Below are positions 38,222 through 49,259 of a stretch of DNA of 60,133 bases, piece after piece. The stretch covers positions 1 to 60,133 of the IMG/VR virus record IMGVR_UViG_3300013111_000391, one strand, 5' to 3'. This DNA is from a virus. Its lineage: Duplodnaviria; Caudoviricetes. Positions within the stretch are counted from its first letter, which is position 1. Each line of letters begins with the position of its first letter. The notes under the pieces were generated by a model, which was not told where the DNA came from, ran no database searches, and saw only the letters and a program-made list of their open reading frames with translations. Made by a program: the position numbers and the translations under genes.

Positions 38222-39447
38222 AACCCAAAAAATCAAATACATATTGTGACTATCCTTTCAAACAAATTACAATGAAAAATTGGAATAAAAATGAATTAAT
38301 TGAATATACTCCATGTTGTATGATGATGAATCAAGGAAACAATATGATGAATTGGGATAATGTTTCTAATATGAATCCTGATGAGGCATTTGATAGTAAA
38401 AAATTTCAAATTTTAAGGACTGATTTAAAAAACGGAATTAAAAATGATTCTTGTAAAACATGTTGGATTTTAGAAAAAAATGATATAAATTCTCCCAGAT
38501 TATATTCTATGGAAAACGATGTTGAAACAAAATTAAAATTGAGACAAATGGACATATCCGTTTCAAATAAATGTAATCTGATGTGTAGAATGTGTAATTA
38601 CGGTAATAGTCATAAATTTCAAAAAGAAATATCGTTTTTTAAAAAAAATAATTTATTGAATGATGTAAAAGAGGTCACATCTAATTATTATGTTGATAAA
38701 ACCTTCAAACCAAATTCTGCAAATAGTATTCAATTAAATTGGTTATTTGATAATACAGAAAAAATAAAAGTATTAAAAATCTCTGGTGGTGAACCTTTTT
38801 ATGACAAAAACGTTATTGAACTGTTAAAAAAATATGTTTCAGACGATACTGCAAAAAATACGATATTACAATTTAATACAAATGGAACTTTATTTTCTGA
38901 TGATTTAATTGATTTACACGAAAATTTTAAACGAGTCGATCATTATATAAGTGTCGATGGTGTCGATAAACTTTATGAGTATATTAGATATCCGTTCACT
39001 TTTCACGATTTTACTACTTCAGTATCAAAATATTCAAATTTAAAAAATATCACTGCCATGAGATTTGCATGTGTAGTTTCATCTTTAAATATTTTAAATA
39101 TGGATGAATGGTTATTTCACATGGTTTCGATGGCAAAAAATAATAATTTTTATTTTTCTTTTCAGCAAGTGAGACCAACAACAAGAGGTACATCACTTAA
39201 TAGTTTACCTGTACACTTATTAGAAGAAGCAAAACAGAGAATTCTTAATAGCGAATATCGAGAATTTTTTAAAGATAGATTTTTTGATGATTGTGAATCT
39301 TTATTTCAAATTTTGGACGAATCTATATCAAATAATAATTGTAATAAAGATAAGATGCTTAAAGAAGTTTCATTATTCGATAAATCAAGAAATCAAAATT
39401 ACAAAAATTTCTTGGATGAAAAATTAATTGATTGGTTACATGCATGA
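38218..39447 (+). CDS. Radical SAM protein, class A
   Basis: YCDYPF..PCC..CKTC, CNLMCRMC, GGEP and TNG motifs. Confidence 0.9.
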   Translation: MKPKKSNTYCDYPFKQITMKNWNKNELIEYTPCCMMMNQGNNMMNWDNVSNMNPDEAFDSKKFQILRTDLKNGIKNDSCKTCWILEKNDINSPRLYSMENDVETKLKLRQMDISVSNKCNLMCRMCNYGNSHKFQKEISFFKKNNLLNDVKEVTSNYYVDKTFKPNSANSIQLNWLFDNTEKIKVLKISGGEPFYDKNVIELLKKYVSDDTAKNTILQFNTNGTLFSDDLIDLHENFKRVDHYISVDGVDKLYEYIRYPFTFHDFTTSVSKYSNLKNITAMRFACVVSSLNILNMDEWLFHMVSMAKNNNFYFSFQQVRPTTRGTSLNSLPVHLLEEAKQRILNSEYREFFKDRFFDDCESLFQILDESISNNNCNKDKMLKEVSLFDKSRNQNYKNFLDEKLIDWLHA

Positions 39448-40006
39448 AACAATATTTCCTGATGGAAACTTTTCAAAAATTAAAAAAGTTTCAAACACAT
39501 GGATTAAACAAACTTCATTTATGAATGAATGTGTATTCGAGTACATTTTAAAATATGAAAAGATGTCTAATTTCTTACCAAAAATATTAAAATATAATTT
39601 TGAAAATAATGTTTTAACAATCGAGACAGAGCATATTTCAGGTAAAAGATTAGACTATTGTGATAAAGAAACATTGCTTAAATATTATGGAATTATTTTA
39701 AACGATTTTATTATTGAAATGAATGAATTTTCTGATTCATTACCATATATTAATACTTCAGAATTTGGAAACAAATACTCCACACAAAATATATTTTTTT
39801 GCACGGACATAAAACCCTCTAATTTTATTGTCGATAACAATGAAAATTTATATTTTGTGGATATTGATGCTTTAAATTTTGTAGATGATGTAGGATTTAC
39901 TCTCTCATTAAATAGAATGTCAAATACATTTACTCATTTATTGTGCGATAAATTTTATTCTGACTCATTAGTAACTCATCGTAAAAAACTGAGATGCAAA
40001 ACATAG
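39440..40006 (+). CDS. Kinase-like (protein kinase / APH fold) protein
   Basis: TDIKPSNFIV catalytic loop, FVDID and E.I.G hinge motifs. Confidence 0.65.
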   Translation: MHETIFPDGNFSKIKKVSNTWIKQTSFMNECVFEYILKYEKMSNFLPKILKYNFENNVLTIETEHISGKRLDYCDKETLLKYYGIILNDFIIEMNEFSDSLPYINTSEFGNKYSTQNIFFCTDIKPSNFIVDNNENLYFVDIDALNFVDDVGFTLSLNRMSNTFTHLLCDKFYSDSLVTHRKKLRCKT

Positions 40007-41133
40007 AAGACCAGTCAAATAGATATCAAATTATTTGGGATCTTGGACGAAGATGTTCATACGCATGTTCATATTGTCCACCGCATAGAAATAATAAAAC
40101 TTCATCATTTGTTTCATATGAGACATTATGTAAGACAATGGACGGTGTTGCTGATTATGCAAATCTATATGATCAGTTTAGAAAGAAAGATGCTAAAAAG
40201 AAATTAAGTTTCACTGGAGGTGAACCAACCGTACACCCAGATTTTTTTAGATTTCTATTGTACGTTAAAAAAGTGTATCCTGATTTCAGTAGAGGGTTGA
40301 CAACTAATGGTTGGTTTTCAAATTCAATTCTTGATAAAGTTTTATCTCTTACCACAGGTGGCACTTTATCATATCATTGTGAGTCTACAGATAAGCAGAA
40401 AAGGCAAGTAGTAGAAAATGCTATAGCATTACGTGAAAAATTTAAAGTAAATGTCATGTTTCATAAAGATTACTTTTGGGAATGTGCAGATGTTTGTGAA
40501 ACTTTAGACAAAAATAGTGTAGAATATGTTCCTAGAATAATAGGTGATGATCATCCAGATGATAAAAAATCTATAGAGTTGGGTTATACACATAAGTATA
40601 ATAGAGATCAAATGAAATGGTTTCGAGATTATTGGAAACAGAAAGGGCAAAATGTTACCGAATCTGGAAATACCCAAAGGGGACTCGGCCGTCCCTGTTG
40701 TGGGGGGAGATGTTTCAAGGCTGACGGTGTGGACAGTTATTTTCTTCCTTCTACTAATTTTTTGGGTTGGAGTTGCATGGTTAATTGGTACTTTCTTTTT
40801 TTAAATTCTGAATTAGATGCAGTTTACACTCATCAAACCTGTGGAGTAAACTTAAATGGCGAAGTGGCTCCTTTGGGCAAAATATCTGATTTTGACATAA
40901 TAATTGATGAACTTGCCGAACAATTATATCAAAAAAAGGCACCAATGATAACATGCCCCAAAACTTTTTGTGGTTGTGGAATGTGTATTACTAAATCTAA
41001 GACAGATATAACAACAATGTTTAATAATCATACAATAGATGAATTAGGTTTTGAAAAAATTGATCAAAAATATAGTAATTGGCAAATAGATAAAACAGTA
41101 AAAAAAGAATTTTTAGAATTAGATGAAACCTGA
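39994..41133 (+). CDS. Radical SAM protein, class C
   Basis: W.LGRRCSYACSYC, TGGEPT.HP and TNG motifs. Cys-rich C-terminus (PCCGG, CPKTFCGCGMC). Confidence 0.9.
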   Translation: MQNIEDQSNRYQIIWDLGRRCSYACSYCPPHRNNKTSSFVSYETLCKTMDGVADYANLYDQFRKKDAKKKLSFTGGEPTVHPDFFRFLLYVKKVYPDFSRGLTTNGWFSNSILDKVLSLTTGGTLSYHCESTDKQKRQVVENAIALREKFKVNVMFHKDYFWECADVCETLDKNSVEYVPRIIGDDHPDDKKSIELGYTHKYNRDQMKWFRDYWKQKGQNVTESGNTQRGLGRPCCGGRCFKADGVDSYFLPSTNFLGWSCMVNWYFLFLNSELDAVYTHQTCGVNLNGEVAPLGKISDFDIIIDELAEQLYQKKAPMITCPKTFCGCGMCITKSKTDITTMFNNHTIDELGFEKIDQKYSNWQIDKTVKKEFLELDET

Positions 41134-42316
41134 AAAAAATAATACATATTGTGCATATCCTTTTAGGTCTGTGATGTATTTGAACTGGAATAATAATAAA
41201 CCAGAGAGTGCATGGCCTTGTTGTTTTATAGGAGGATGGTCACAAAAGCAAAATGCCGATAAGAATGATATTTTATTAGTCGATTTAGATAAAAAAACTC
41301 CACAAGAGGTATTCGATTCCGAAACATATAAAAAACTCAGATATGATGCATTAAATAATATTAAAAATCCATTATGTTCCGTATGCTGGGATTTAGAGAG
41401 TAAAAATATCACATCTTCTAGATTTTATTCTCAAGATAGTTTTTATGTAGAGGATGGTAAAATTTCAAATATGCAAATAAAATTGGATAACAAATGCAAT
41501 TTAGGTTGCAGGTCATGCAATCCTTCTAATAGCAGTTATTTGGAAAAAGATTTAAAATTCTTTAATGGCAATAATATAAGAATTGATAATTTTAAACAAG
41601 GAAAAACAAATTCACAAGATAGTCTAGTGTATGAATGGTTAATGAATAACACACATAAGATAAAAATTTTATCTATTACTGGTGGCGAACCTTTTTTTTC
41701 TAAGAAGTTTTATGAAATAATTGATAGATATATTGAAACTGGTGATGCTAAAAACACTAAAATTGTAACTCATACAAATGGTACTTTATTCAATAAAAAA
41801 ACAATTGAAAAATTAAATCAATTTAAAAAATTACAAACTTCAATATCTATTGATAGTGTAGATGAAAATTATGAGTATATTAGATATCCTATGAATTTTT
41901 TTAGACTTGAAAAGTCAATAGAAACATTAATTTCAAATTCTACTAATTGTGTTGTTGTAATATGTCTCGTTATGTCATCTCTTAATTTTAATTTTTTAAA
42001 AAAACACGAAGAATGGTGTAAATTAATTTTTAAATCTAATTTTAAAATTTTTTACTCTGATATGTGGGATAGAAACCAGGGAATAAGCATTGATAATTTG
42101 AATGAAAATCTTTTAAATGTGGCCATTAAAGATGCTCAAGATTTAGATGAAAAGTTTACAGATAAAAATCGAGCCATTGAATTTTATAAATCGGCAATAA
42201 AAAATGGTTTTTCAAATAGGCAAAAAATGTTAAAAGAAATAGTTGCATTTGATTCATCAAGAAAACAAAATTTTAAAAATTATTTAGACCCTATGTTAGT
42301 TGATTGGTTGTCATGA
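41123..42316 (+). CDS. Radical SAM protein, class A
   Basis: YCAYPF..PCC..CSVC, CNLGCRSC and GGEP motifs. Confidence 0.9.
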   Translation: MKPEKNNTYCAYPFRSVMYLNWNNNKPESAWPCCFIGGWSQKQNADKNDILLVDLDKKTPQEVFDSETYKKLRYDALNNIKNPLCSVCWDLESKNITSSRFYSQDSFYVEDGKISNMQIKLDNKCNLGCRSCNPSNSSYLEKDLKFFNGNNIRIDNFKQGKTNSQDSLVYEWLMNNTHKIKILSITGGEPFFSKKFYEIIDRYIETGDAKNTKIVTHTNGTLFNKKTIEKLNQFKKLQTSISIDSVDENYEYIRYPMNFFRLEKSIETLISNSTNCVVVICLVMSSLNFNFLKKHEEWCKLIFKSNFKIFYSDMWDRNQGISIDNLNENLLNVAIKDAQDLDEKFTDKNRAIEFYKSAIKNGFSNRQKMLKEIVAFDSSRKQNFKNYLDPMLVDWLS

Positions 42317-43344
42317 GTTTTTGCATGGCTCCTTTTGTGCATATGGTACAAAATCCTGATGGACAGTTTCGCACATGTTGCATGTATGAGAAACCGCTGA
42401 AAGGTAATTACAAAGATATTAAAGATGCTTTTGATAGTAAAGAAAATAAAATAATACGAGAAAGAATGTTGAGCGGTGAGCAACTGCCAGAATGTAAAAA
42501 ATGTGATATAGATGAAATGCATAATGGTAAACGAAAAGTATCATATAGACAAGAATTTAACGAAAGATACGAAAAAAAATATATTGACAACCCTACCTTT
42601 AAAAATTTAGAAATTTCTGTATCAAATAAATGCAATTTTAAATGTGTTGATTGTGGACCAAGATTTTCAAATCAGTTCGGTAAAACGATTATTAATGAGT
42701 TACCAAATTTTCGTTATTTTAAAGATTTAAATCATCTTAAAATATTAGGTGGCGAACCTTTTTTAGATAAAAATAATTTTAAATTATTGAGTCAAATACA
42801 TCGACAAAATGTTAATTTATTTTTAGTGACTAATAATTCTATTTTTCCAAGAGAAGAATTTTTAAATCTTCTTTTAGATTTTAATCATGTTAAACTGAAC
42901 ATCAGTATCGATGGTGTAAAAGATGTTGCTGAATATGTAAGATTTGGAACAAAATGGACAAAATTTGAAAAGAATTGGTATAAATGGTTTGAATGGCACT
43001 CTGATAAAAAACGAAAAGTTTATCTTATTCCGCATTTTGTTATGCATAGTTTAAATGCACCTTTTTTTGAAGAGGCAATAGATTGGTCAAATATCGAATT
43101 CATAAATTGGTCATGGGATTTTCTGATGGAACCTTCATGGTTGAATATGTCATATCTACCAGATAAAATAAAAAAATATATTTTAGATGAAAACAAAAAA
43201 ATTGAAAATGATTTTCAAAATCCATTAAGTAAATATTTGTATTCAAATTCTTATGATGAGCAAAACTTTAAACAATTGAAAAAATATATTTTGTCTCGAA
43301 ATACTCCTAGCAGTATGGAAACCTACATTGATTTATTTTTTTAG
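42313..43344 (+). CDS. Radical SAM protein, class A
   Basis: FCMAPF..RTCC..CKKC, CNFKCVDC and GGEP motifs. Confidence 0.9.
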   Translation: MSFCMAPFVHMVQNPDGQFRTCCMYEKPLKGNYKDIKDAFDSKENKIIRERMLSGEQLPECKKCDIDEMHNGKRKVSYRQEFNERYEKKYIDNPTFKNLEISVSNKCNFKCVDCGPRFSNQFGKTIINELPNFRYFKDLNHLKILGGEPFLDKNNFKLLSQIHRQNVNLFLVTNNSIFPREEFLNLLLDFNHVKLNISIDGVKDVAEYVRFGTKWTKFEKNWYKWFEWHSDKKRKVYLIPHFVMHSLNAPFFEEAIDWSNIEFINWSWDFLMEPSWLNMSYLPDKIKKYILDENKKIENDFQNPLSKYLYSNSYDEQNFKQLKKYILSRNTPSSMETYIDLFF

Positions 43345-43364
43345 ACTTAAACGAGGTGCCATTT

Positions 43365-44351
43365 ATGAAATTCGATAAAGTTTTTGAAATAGAATTATCA
43401 AGTTTGTGCAATGCAAAATGTAGTGGTTGTATGAGAACTCTTCTTGATAACAAAGGTATGGAATACTATAAAGGCAATATTTCATACAAAGAAATTGTCA
43501 ACTGGTTTACTTCAATAGATTTATCTGAAACCAAAATAAAATTTTGTGGTGTTTTAGGTGATCCAATTATAAATCCTGAGTTAGAGGATATTTTAGATTA
43601 TTTTTTATATCAAAAAAAAGTGAAAAATATTGAAATATCAACCAATGGCGGAATAAGAACAAAAAAGTTTTGGATTAATATGGCCGAGTTGTCAAAATAT
43701 TCTAATGGTAGGATGGAAATTCATTGGGCAATCGATGGTGTGACAAGAAATGATTATAGAGAAAATGTAAATTTAAAAAAGACATGGGATAATTTTAAAA
43801 CGTATAAAGAAAATGGTGGTCATCTTATTTGGCAATATATTGAGTTTGATTATAACAAAGAAGAAATACCTTTGGCCAAGAAAAAAGCAGAAGAAATGGG
43901 TGTCAAATTGTTTGTAAGAAAAAGTTGGAGAAATAATGCTGACGAGGCAAAATATAAATCAAAAGCGGCAAAAGAAATTGATTCAAGAACATATGAACAA
44001 TTAGAGTATAAAATTTATGTTGAACAAGATTATTCAACTGAAGATATTGTGTGTAGACATAAAATAAAAAATGAATATTTTATTTCAGCAAATAGAAAAT
44101 TATGGCCATGTTGTCATTTACATGATGAATATGTAGCAAAAAAAACAAAAAATATGGAAAAAATTTTAAATTACAATGGTCGAGATTTTAATAATTTAAA
44201 TAAAAGAGGAATAGAAGAAATTTTAAATAGTGTATGGTTTAAAACAATTTTAGAAAAAAGTTGGAATAAAAATCATGAATTACACCTATCAAGATGCTAT
44301 TTGGCATGTGGTGACGGTGGAAAAAGAGCAGTAATAAAAGAAGAAGTATGA
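43365..44351 (+). CDS. Radical SAM protein, class B with C-terminal SPASM
   Basis: ELSSLCNAKCSGC, FCG.LGDP and WPCC...C...C motifs. gaggt RBS before ATG 43365. Confidence 0.9.
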   Translation: MKFDKVFEIELSSLCNAKCSGCMRTLLDNKGMEYYKGNISYKEIVNWFTSIDLSETKIKFCGVLGDPIINPELEDILDYFLYQKKVKNIEISTNGGIRTKKFWINMAELSKYSNGRMEIHWAIDGVTRNDYRENVNLKKTWDNFKTYKENGGHLIWQYIEFDYNKEEIPLAKKKAEEMGVKLFVRKSWRNNADEAKYKSKAAKEIDSRTYEQLEYKIYVEQDYSTEDIVCRHKIKNEYFISANRKLWPCCHLHDEYVAKKTKNMEKILNYNGRDFNNLNKRGIEEILNSVWFKTILEKSWNKNHELHLSRCYLACGDGGKRAVIKEEV

Positions 44352-44902
44352 TCATAACAGGTAACAAAGAAAAAGGATTAGCAAAAGAATTATTTGAATT
44401 ATATCCTGATGCTATGTTTTGTAGCAGAAGTAATGGTTTTGATTTATGCTCAAAAAAAGGCCAGAAAGATTTTGCAAATTTGACAATAGAGCATGAAATA
44501 ATTATATTGAATAGTGCTTTATATCGATTTGAGCAAACAAATTTATTAAATGAAGTTTACGAAAGTTGTGTTAAAATCAAACATATTCCGTTTATTATCT
44601 GCATTGGTAGCACAACTGATAGAGTAAAGAATAGTAAACCTTGGATCTATAATGCAGAAAAAAAAGCACTGAGAGATTTTTGTAATACACTGTCTCTTGG
44701 TGGTGTATGGTCTGATAAACCTAAAATAGCATATGTAAGTTTTGGAACATTGAGCAATAATGCAGAAAAACATCCAACTAGAAAATGCATGAACATAAAT
44801 CTTGCGGCAAATTATATTAAATGGATTATTGATCAGCCAAAAGATGTATGTGTCAATGAAATTAGTATAGACCCGATGCAAAGCGAAATATGGTATGAGT
44901 AA
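44348..44902 (+). CDS. Short-chain dehydrogenase/reductase-like protein
   Basis: ITG...GL, SRSNG.D, NSA, IGS and YxxxK (YNAEK) motifs. Confidence 0.75.
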   Translation: MIITGNKEKGLAKELFELYPDAMFCSRSNGFDLCSKKGQKDFANLTIEHEIIILNSALYRFEQTNLLNEVYESCVKIKHIPFIICIGSTTDRVKNSKPWIYNAEKKALRDFCNTLSLGGVWSDKPKIAYVSFGTLSNNAEKHPTRKCMNINLAANYIKWIIDQPKDVCVNEISIDPMQSEIWYE

Positions 44903-45995
44903 AAAATGTTTTGCTACAACAAATGGTTTTTGGGTTTCTCCACAAGGTTACGTATATCCTTGTGCTAAAATAAAACATCCTTATAAAAAAATTCACATAT
45001 CTGATATAGATGATTATTCTAAAATAAATCAAAATTTTTTAGACATAAAAGAATCATTATCAAAAAATATTTGGCATTCTGCTTGTGAAAGATGTGAATT
45101 TGATGAGAACAATAAAATTCGTAGTAAGAGACAATATTATGATGTTATACAACCATTAGATTATATAATTGATATCAGTTTAGGTAATTATTGTAATTTA
45201 AAATGTAGAATGTGTAATCCTACAAATTCTACAACATGGAAAGAAGATTGGATACCTTTACAGAAAGAGGGTAAAAGATTGGGTGTTAAATTGTCTTCTT
45301 TATATGATGATTCTTCCAATTATGTATTTTCTAATGAAGATGTTGAAAAATTAGTAGAATTTACTAATACAATAAATGGTAATATTTTATTAGAGTTAAA
45401 AGGAGGCGAACCTCTATTGATGCCTCAAACATTTGAAATTTTAAATAAATTACAAAGTGAAAAAATTTCTTTATTATTAGTCACAAATGGTACAAAATAT
45501 CCTTCATGGATAGAAAAAATATCTGAAAAATTTAAACAAATAGAATTGATAGTGAGCGTAGATGGTGTAGGGGAAACATATGAATACATAAGAGGATTTT
45601 CATATGAAAAATTAATTCAAAATTTAGAAAAGTTTTTGAGATTGCCTAATATAATATTAGGATTCAATGTCGTTGTTCAAAATTTAAATATCTGTCAAAT
45701 TGAATTAATACATAAAACACTATCGATGTACAGTAAAAATATTAATTATATTACTCTTAAAGGACCAAATATTTTACGTGCAAATGTATTACCATTAAAA
45801 GAAAAAACTAGAGTGTTATCAGAATATGATAAAAATAAAAAAATATATGGTAAAAAACAACAACAAATAGATTCAATTATGAATTTTGTAAAACAACCAT
45901 CAGATCCTAAGTTACTCGATCTATTTTATAAATATAATTTATTTTTAGATAAAAGAAGAAACCAATGTGGAACAATAATACCATCGAATGGATAG
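44895..45995 (+). CDS. Radical SAM protein, class A
   Basis: C..YPC..CERC, CNLKCRMC, GGEP and SVDG motifs. Confidence 0.9.
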   Translation: MSKKCFATTNGFWVSPQGYVYPCAKIKHPYKKIHISDIDDYSKINQNFLDIKESLSKNIWHSACERCEFDENNKIRSKRQYYDVIQPLDYIIDISLGNYCNLKCRMCNPTNSTTWKEDWIPLQKEGKRLGVKLSSLYDDSSNYVFSNEDVEKLVEFTNTINGNILLELKGGEPLLMPQTFEILNKLQSEKISLLLVTNGTKYPSWIEKISEKFKQIELIVSVDGVGETYEYIRGFSYEKLIQNLEKFLRLPNIILGFNVVVQNLNICQIELIHKTLSMYSKNINYITLKGPNILRANVLPLKEKTRVLSEYDKNKKIYGKKQQQIDSIMNFVKQPSDPKLLDLFYKYNLFLDKRRNQCGTIIPSNG

Positions 45996-46891
45996 ATGTT
46001 GAATTGACATCGTTCTGTAACATTGATTGTCCAGGTTGTTTTCGTCAAGTAAAACAAACAAAAGTCAAGAATATTTTAAATAAAGATGTTATCACATTTG
46101 ATCAATTAAAAAGATGGATTACAAAAAAAGAATTTCCAAATTTAGATCTAATTAATTTTTGCGGTTCTATAGATGAACCTACTCTACATCCTGAAATTTT
46201 GACTATTGTAGATTATTTTTCAAAAATCTGTAATATCAATATTTCAACAAATGGCTCTACAAAAACAAAAAAATTTTGGAAATCCATTGGACAATACGGA
46301 GTATCTGCATTTTTTGGTATCGATGGTGTTGATCAAAAATCTCTTGAGAAGTATAGAATAGGAAGCAATTTCAAAAAAGTTCAAGAAAATTTTAGAGAAT
46401 TTATAAAGGCTGGCGGACATGCTACTTGGCAATTTATAGTATTTGAACATAATCAACATTTGTTGAACGAGGCGAAAAAAATTTCTAAAGAAGAGGGTTT
46501 TAAACATTTCAGAACAATTTATTCACATAGGGAAGGTAGTGAAGAAAAGAAAGTCAATAGAAAAGAAGAACATGAAATAGTATGCAAATATGCAAATCAG
46601 AAAAGAATATTTATAAGTCATACTGGAGCACTATTGCCCTGTTGTTTTTTTAATTCGGAATTCTTACAAATACATGCTGGTAACAATCCTAGAACAATGT
46701 TTGACCATGCTTATCAAAAAAATGGAGGAGTTTTATTTAATAGTTTGAAATATATAAGTGCATCAGAAGTTATTGATGGAAGTTTGTTTGATGATATAAT
46801 AAAATCATGGAAAACAAAACCAATGGAAAGATGTTGGAATACATGTAAACAGGCAAAGCAAGATATCTTTATTCACGAGGAGATAACATGA
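45965..46891 (+). CDS. Radical SAM protein, class B with C-terminal SPASM
   Basis: ELTSFCNIDCPGC, FCGSIDEP, WQFIVFEHN and LPCC...CWNTC motifs. Confidence 0.9.
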   Translation: MWNNNTIEWIDVELTSFCNIDCPGCFRQVKQTKVKNILNKDVITFDQLKRWITKKEFPNLDLINFCGSIDEPTLHPEILTIVDYFSKICNINISTNGSTKTKKFWKSIGQYGVSAFFGIDGVDQKSLEKYRIGSNFKKVQENFREFIKAGGHATWQFIVFEHNQHLLNEAKKISKEEGFKHFRTIYSHREGSEEKKVNRKEEHEIVCKYANQKRIFISHTGALLPCCFFNSEFLQIHAGNNPRTMFDHAYQKNGGVLFNSLKYISASEVIDGSLFDDIIKSWKTKPMERCWNTCKQAKQDIFIHEEIT

Positions 46892-48195
46892 TAGACTGTT
46901 ATTATGCATTGGGTGGAATAAATTATAAAAATGGTGTCATTACAACATGCCCGAGACAGGCAAATCAATTGGTTTTTGCAAATGAAACAATATTACCATC
47001 CGAAATTTACAATCATAAAAATTTTAAACATATTCGAAAATTATTGCATAATAATGTCTGGCCATCAGGATGTGATACATGTGAGGATATGGAAAAAGAC
47101 AATTTAAAATCTATGAGATTGGATTTTGTTTTAAAAAATAATAAGTTTTTTAAAAATACTGCTACAGGGTTTAATGAGGCGGAAAATGGCGATAGATCAT
47201 TACTGGATTGTTACAATGAGAGTGAACACTCAGTAGACTTTAGAGGATTAAAACACGTTGAATTAAGATTTAGCACGGCATGTAATTTTTCGTGTTTGCA
47301 TTGTTCAAAGGTTTATTCATCTGGATGGTCTAAAAAATTAAAAAATTATGAACCAGATCATGAAGTCATAAGAAATGATTTACGACAACTTATGGGAACA
47401 GAACACAGACATGGCCCAAACGATAATTCTGAAATGAGATTGACAACTGAACAGGCAATCAAAATCGTAGAAGATTTAAACGAAAACTTTCCTAATGTAA
47501 GATATGTTGATTTTGCGGGTGGTGAATTATTATATCAAAAACAATTTTTTCCCACACTAAGAAAACTAGCAGAGCATCCAAATGCTAAAAATATGCTCAT
47601 TTCTTTTCATACGAACTTTAATGCAAATTTTAGCGTAGATGAATTATCGGATGTTTTAAGTAAATTCAAAGAATCCTGTATAATTATTTCTGTTGATGCA
47701 GGTAGAAATACTTACTCATATTTTAGACATGGTGGTGAGTGGGACAAACTAAAATTAAATTTAGTTGACTTCAAAAAAATTAACAAGTTTTCGCATATAG
47801 ACATTTCTTGTACAACATCAATTTATCAAATTATGGACATATATGATGTTTTTGATTCGTTTTTCGAATTGAATTGTTCTTTTGATGCTTCAATAGTGCA
47901 AACTCCAAAATATATTAATCCATCTATAATAATGTTTGATTTTGAAAAAGAAACTTTAAAAGATTTTGAAAAAACAGAACAGTTATTAAAAAATATTAAA
48001 TCAAAATTTAAATTGAAAGCAACAAAATGGTTTAACTATATTACGAATTATGTCAAAAACACAAGATTATCATATAATAATTTTAATAGATTTTTAATTT
48101 ATAGAAAAAAATCAGATGAATTATGGGGTCAAAATTTTAATGATTATTTTCAAAATTATCAAATTGAAGATAATGAACTTATCAGAATAAGATGA
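46888..48195 (+). CDS. Radical SAM protein, class A
   Basis: C..TTC..CDTC, CNFSCLHC and AGGE motifs. Confidence 0.9.
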   Translation: MIDCYYALGGINYKNGVITTCPRQANQLVFANETILPSEIYNHKNFKHIRKLLHNNVWPSGCDTCEDMEKDNLKSMRLDFVLKNNKFFKNTATGFNEAENGDRSLLDCYNESEHSVDFRGLKHVELRFSTACNFSCLHCSKVYSSGWSKKLKNYEPDHEVIRNDLRQLMGTEHRHGPNDNSEMRLTTEQAIKIVEDLNENFPNVRYVDFAGGELLYQKQFFPTLRKLAEHPNAKNMLISFHTNFNANFSVDELSDVLSKFKESCIIISVDAGRNTYSYFRHGGEWDKLKLNLVDFKKINKFSHIDISCTTSIYQIMDIYDVFDSFFELNCSFDASIVQTPKYINPSIIMFDFEKETLKDFEKTEQLLKNIKSKFKLKATKWFNYITNYVKNTRLSYNNFNRFLIYRKKSDELWGQNFNDYFQNYQIEDNELIRIR

Positions 48196-49259
48196 AATCT
48201 AGCGAATACGATTTTACAAAAATACCATGGCGTAAAATTGAACGTGTTGGCACACACAAAATGTTGTTGTCAGATTTGTTTACTGTTTCATGGTTATTAG
48301 GTAGATTTTGTAATTATAGATGTTCATATTGTTGGCCGTATGCGAGAAGTAATACGAAAGATCATCGTCCTACTGATCTATGCCTCAAGACAATTGACGA
48401 AATTAAGCGACAAGCAAGACAACGGAATTTTAATTCTTTTCATTTTAGTCTATCTGGAGGTGAGCCTACTTTTCATCCAGGATATTTGGATATACTTGAA
48501 TATCTTGCTGATGATGTAAAGAACACAAACTATACTTCAGTACATATGACTTCAAATTGTTCTCGTCCTATAAAATGGTTTGAACGATATGTAAAGTCGG
48601 CAAAGAAATTTTCAAGAGCATCAATAACTGCATCTTTTCATCGTGAGTTTGTCACACCTGATAAGTTAGAAGAGTTTGCGGATAAGTTAGATTTTTGTCA
48701 GCGTAATGGTGTGAGAGTAACAATCAATTCCGTGATGGTTCCTGAACACTTTGACGAAATATATAAAGACCTTACGTATTTTTATGAACGTGGTGTGAAT
48801 GTCACACTCAAACCTCAAAGTGATTCTACCGCATCAAAAGTTGTTGATGGATATACAGATGAACAGATGAAAATACTACATAATGGTATGCCTCAAATCA
48901 CAAACATGGAGGTCAAATCTAAAAAACTCAAGAACATTCGTCAAGAATTTGAAATCATTATGAATGATGACGAAGGAAAGGAGTGGTATCTTGACCAAGC
49001 AGAAAGATTCAACGCATTTAATTTTAATAATTTCAGAGGGTGGATTTGTAGCACTGGCTATCGCAGTTGCATTATCCGCGAGCCTGATGGGAGCATTAAG
49101 CGGTCTTATTCTTGCGGAGATAGTCCTTTAGGAAATATTGAGACAGGATTCAAACTATTCGATGAGCCAAAAGTATGCATTACAGATGCATGTGTAAGTT
49201 CTGCTGATAGTAAAATACCTAAGAGAAAATCAAATTGTAAATTACCATTATGGAAATAG
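48192..49259 (+). CDS. Radical SAM protein, class C
   Basis: W.LGRFCNYRCSYC, SGGEPT.HP and C..G...C..LGNI...C...C motifs. Confidence 0.9.
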   Translation: MKSSEYDFTKIPWRKIERVGTHKMLLSDLFTVSWLLGRFCNYRCSYCWPYARSNTKDHRPTDLCLKTIDEIKRQARQRNFNSFHFSLSGGEPTFHPGYLDILEYLADDVKNTNYTSVHMTSNCSRPIKWFERYVKSAKKFSRASITASFHREFVTPDKLEEFADKLDFCQRNGVRVTINSVMVPEHFDEIYKDLTYFYERGVNVTLKPQSDSTASKVVDGYTDEQMKILHNGMPQITNMEVKSKKLKNIRQEFEIIMNDDEGKEWYLDQAERFNAFNFNNFRGWICSTGYRSCIIREPDGSIKRSYSCGDSPLGNIETGFKLFDEPKVCITDACVSSADSKIPKRKSNCKLPLWK

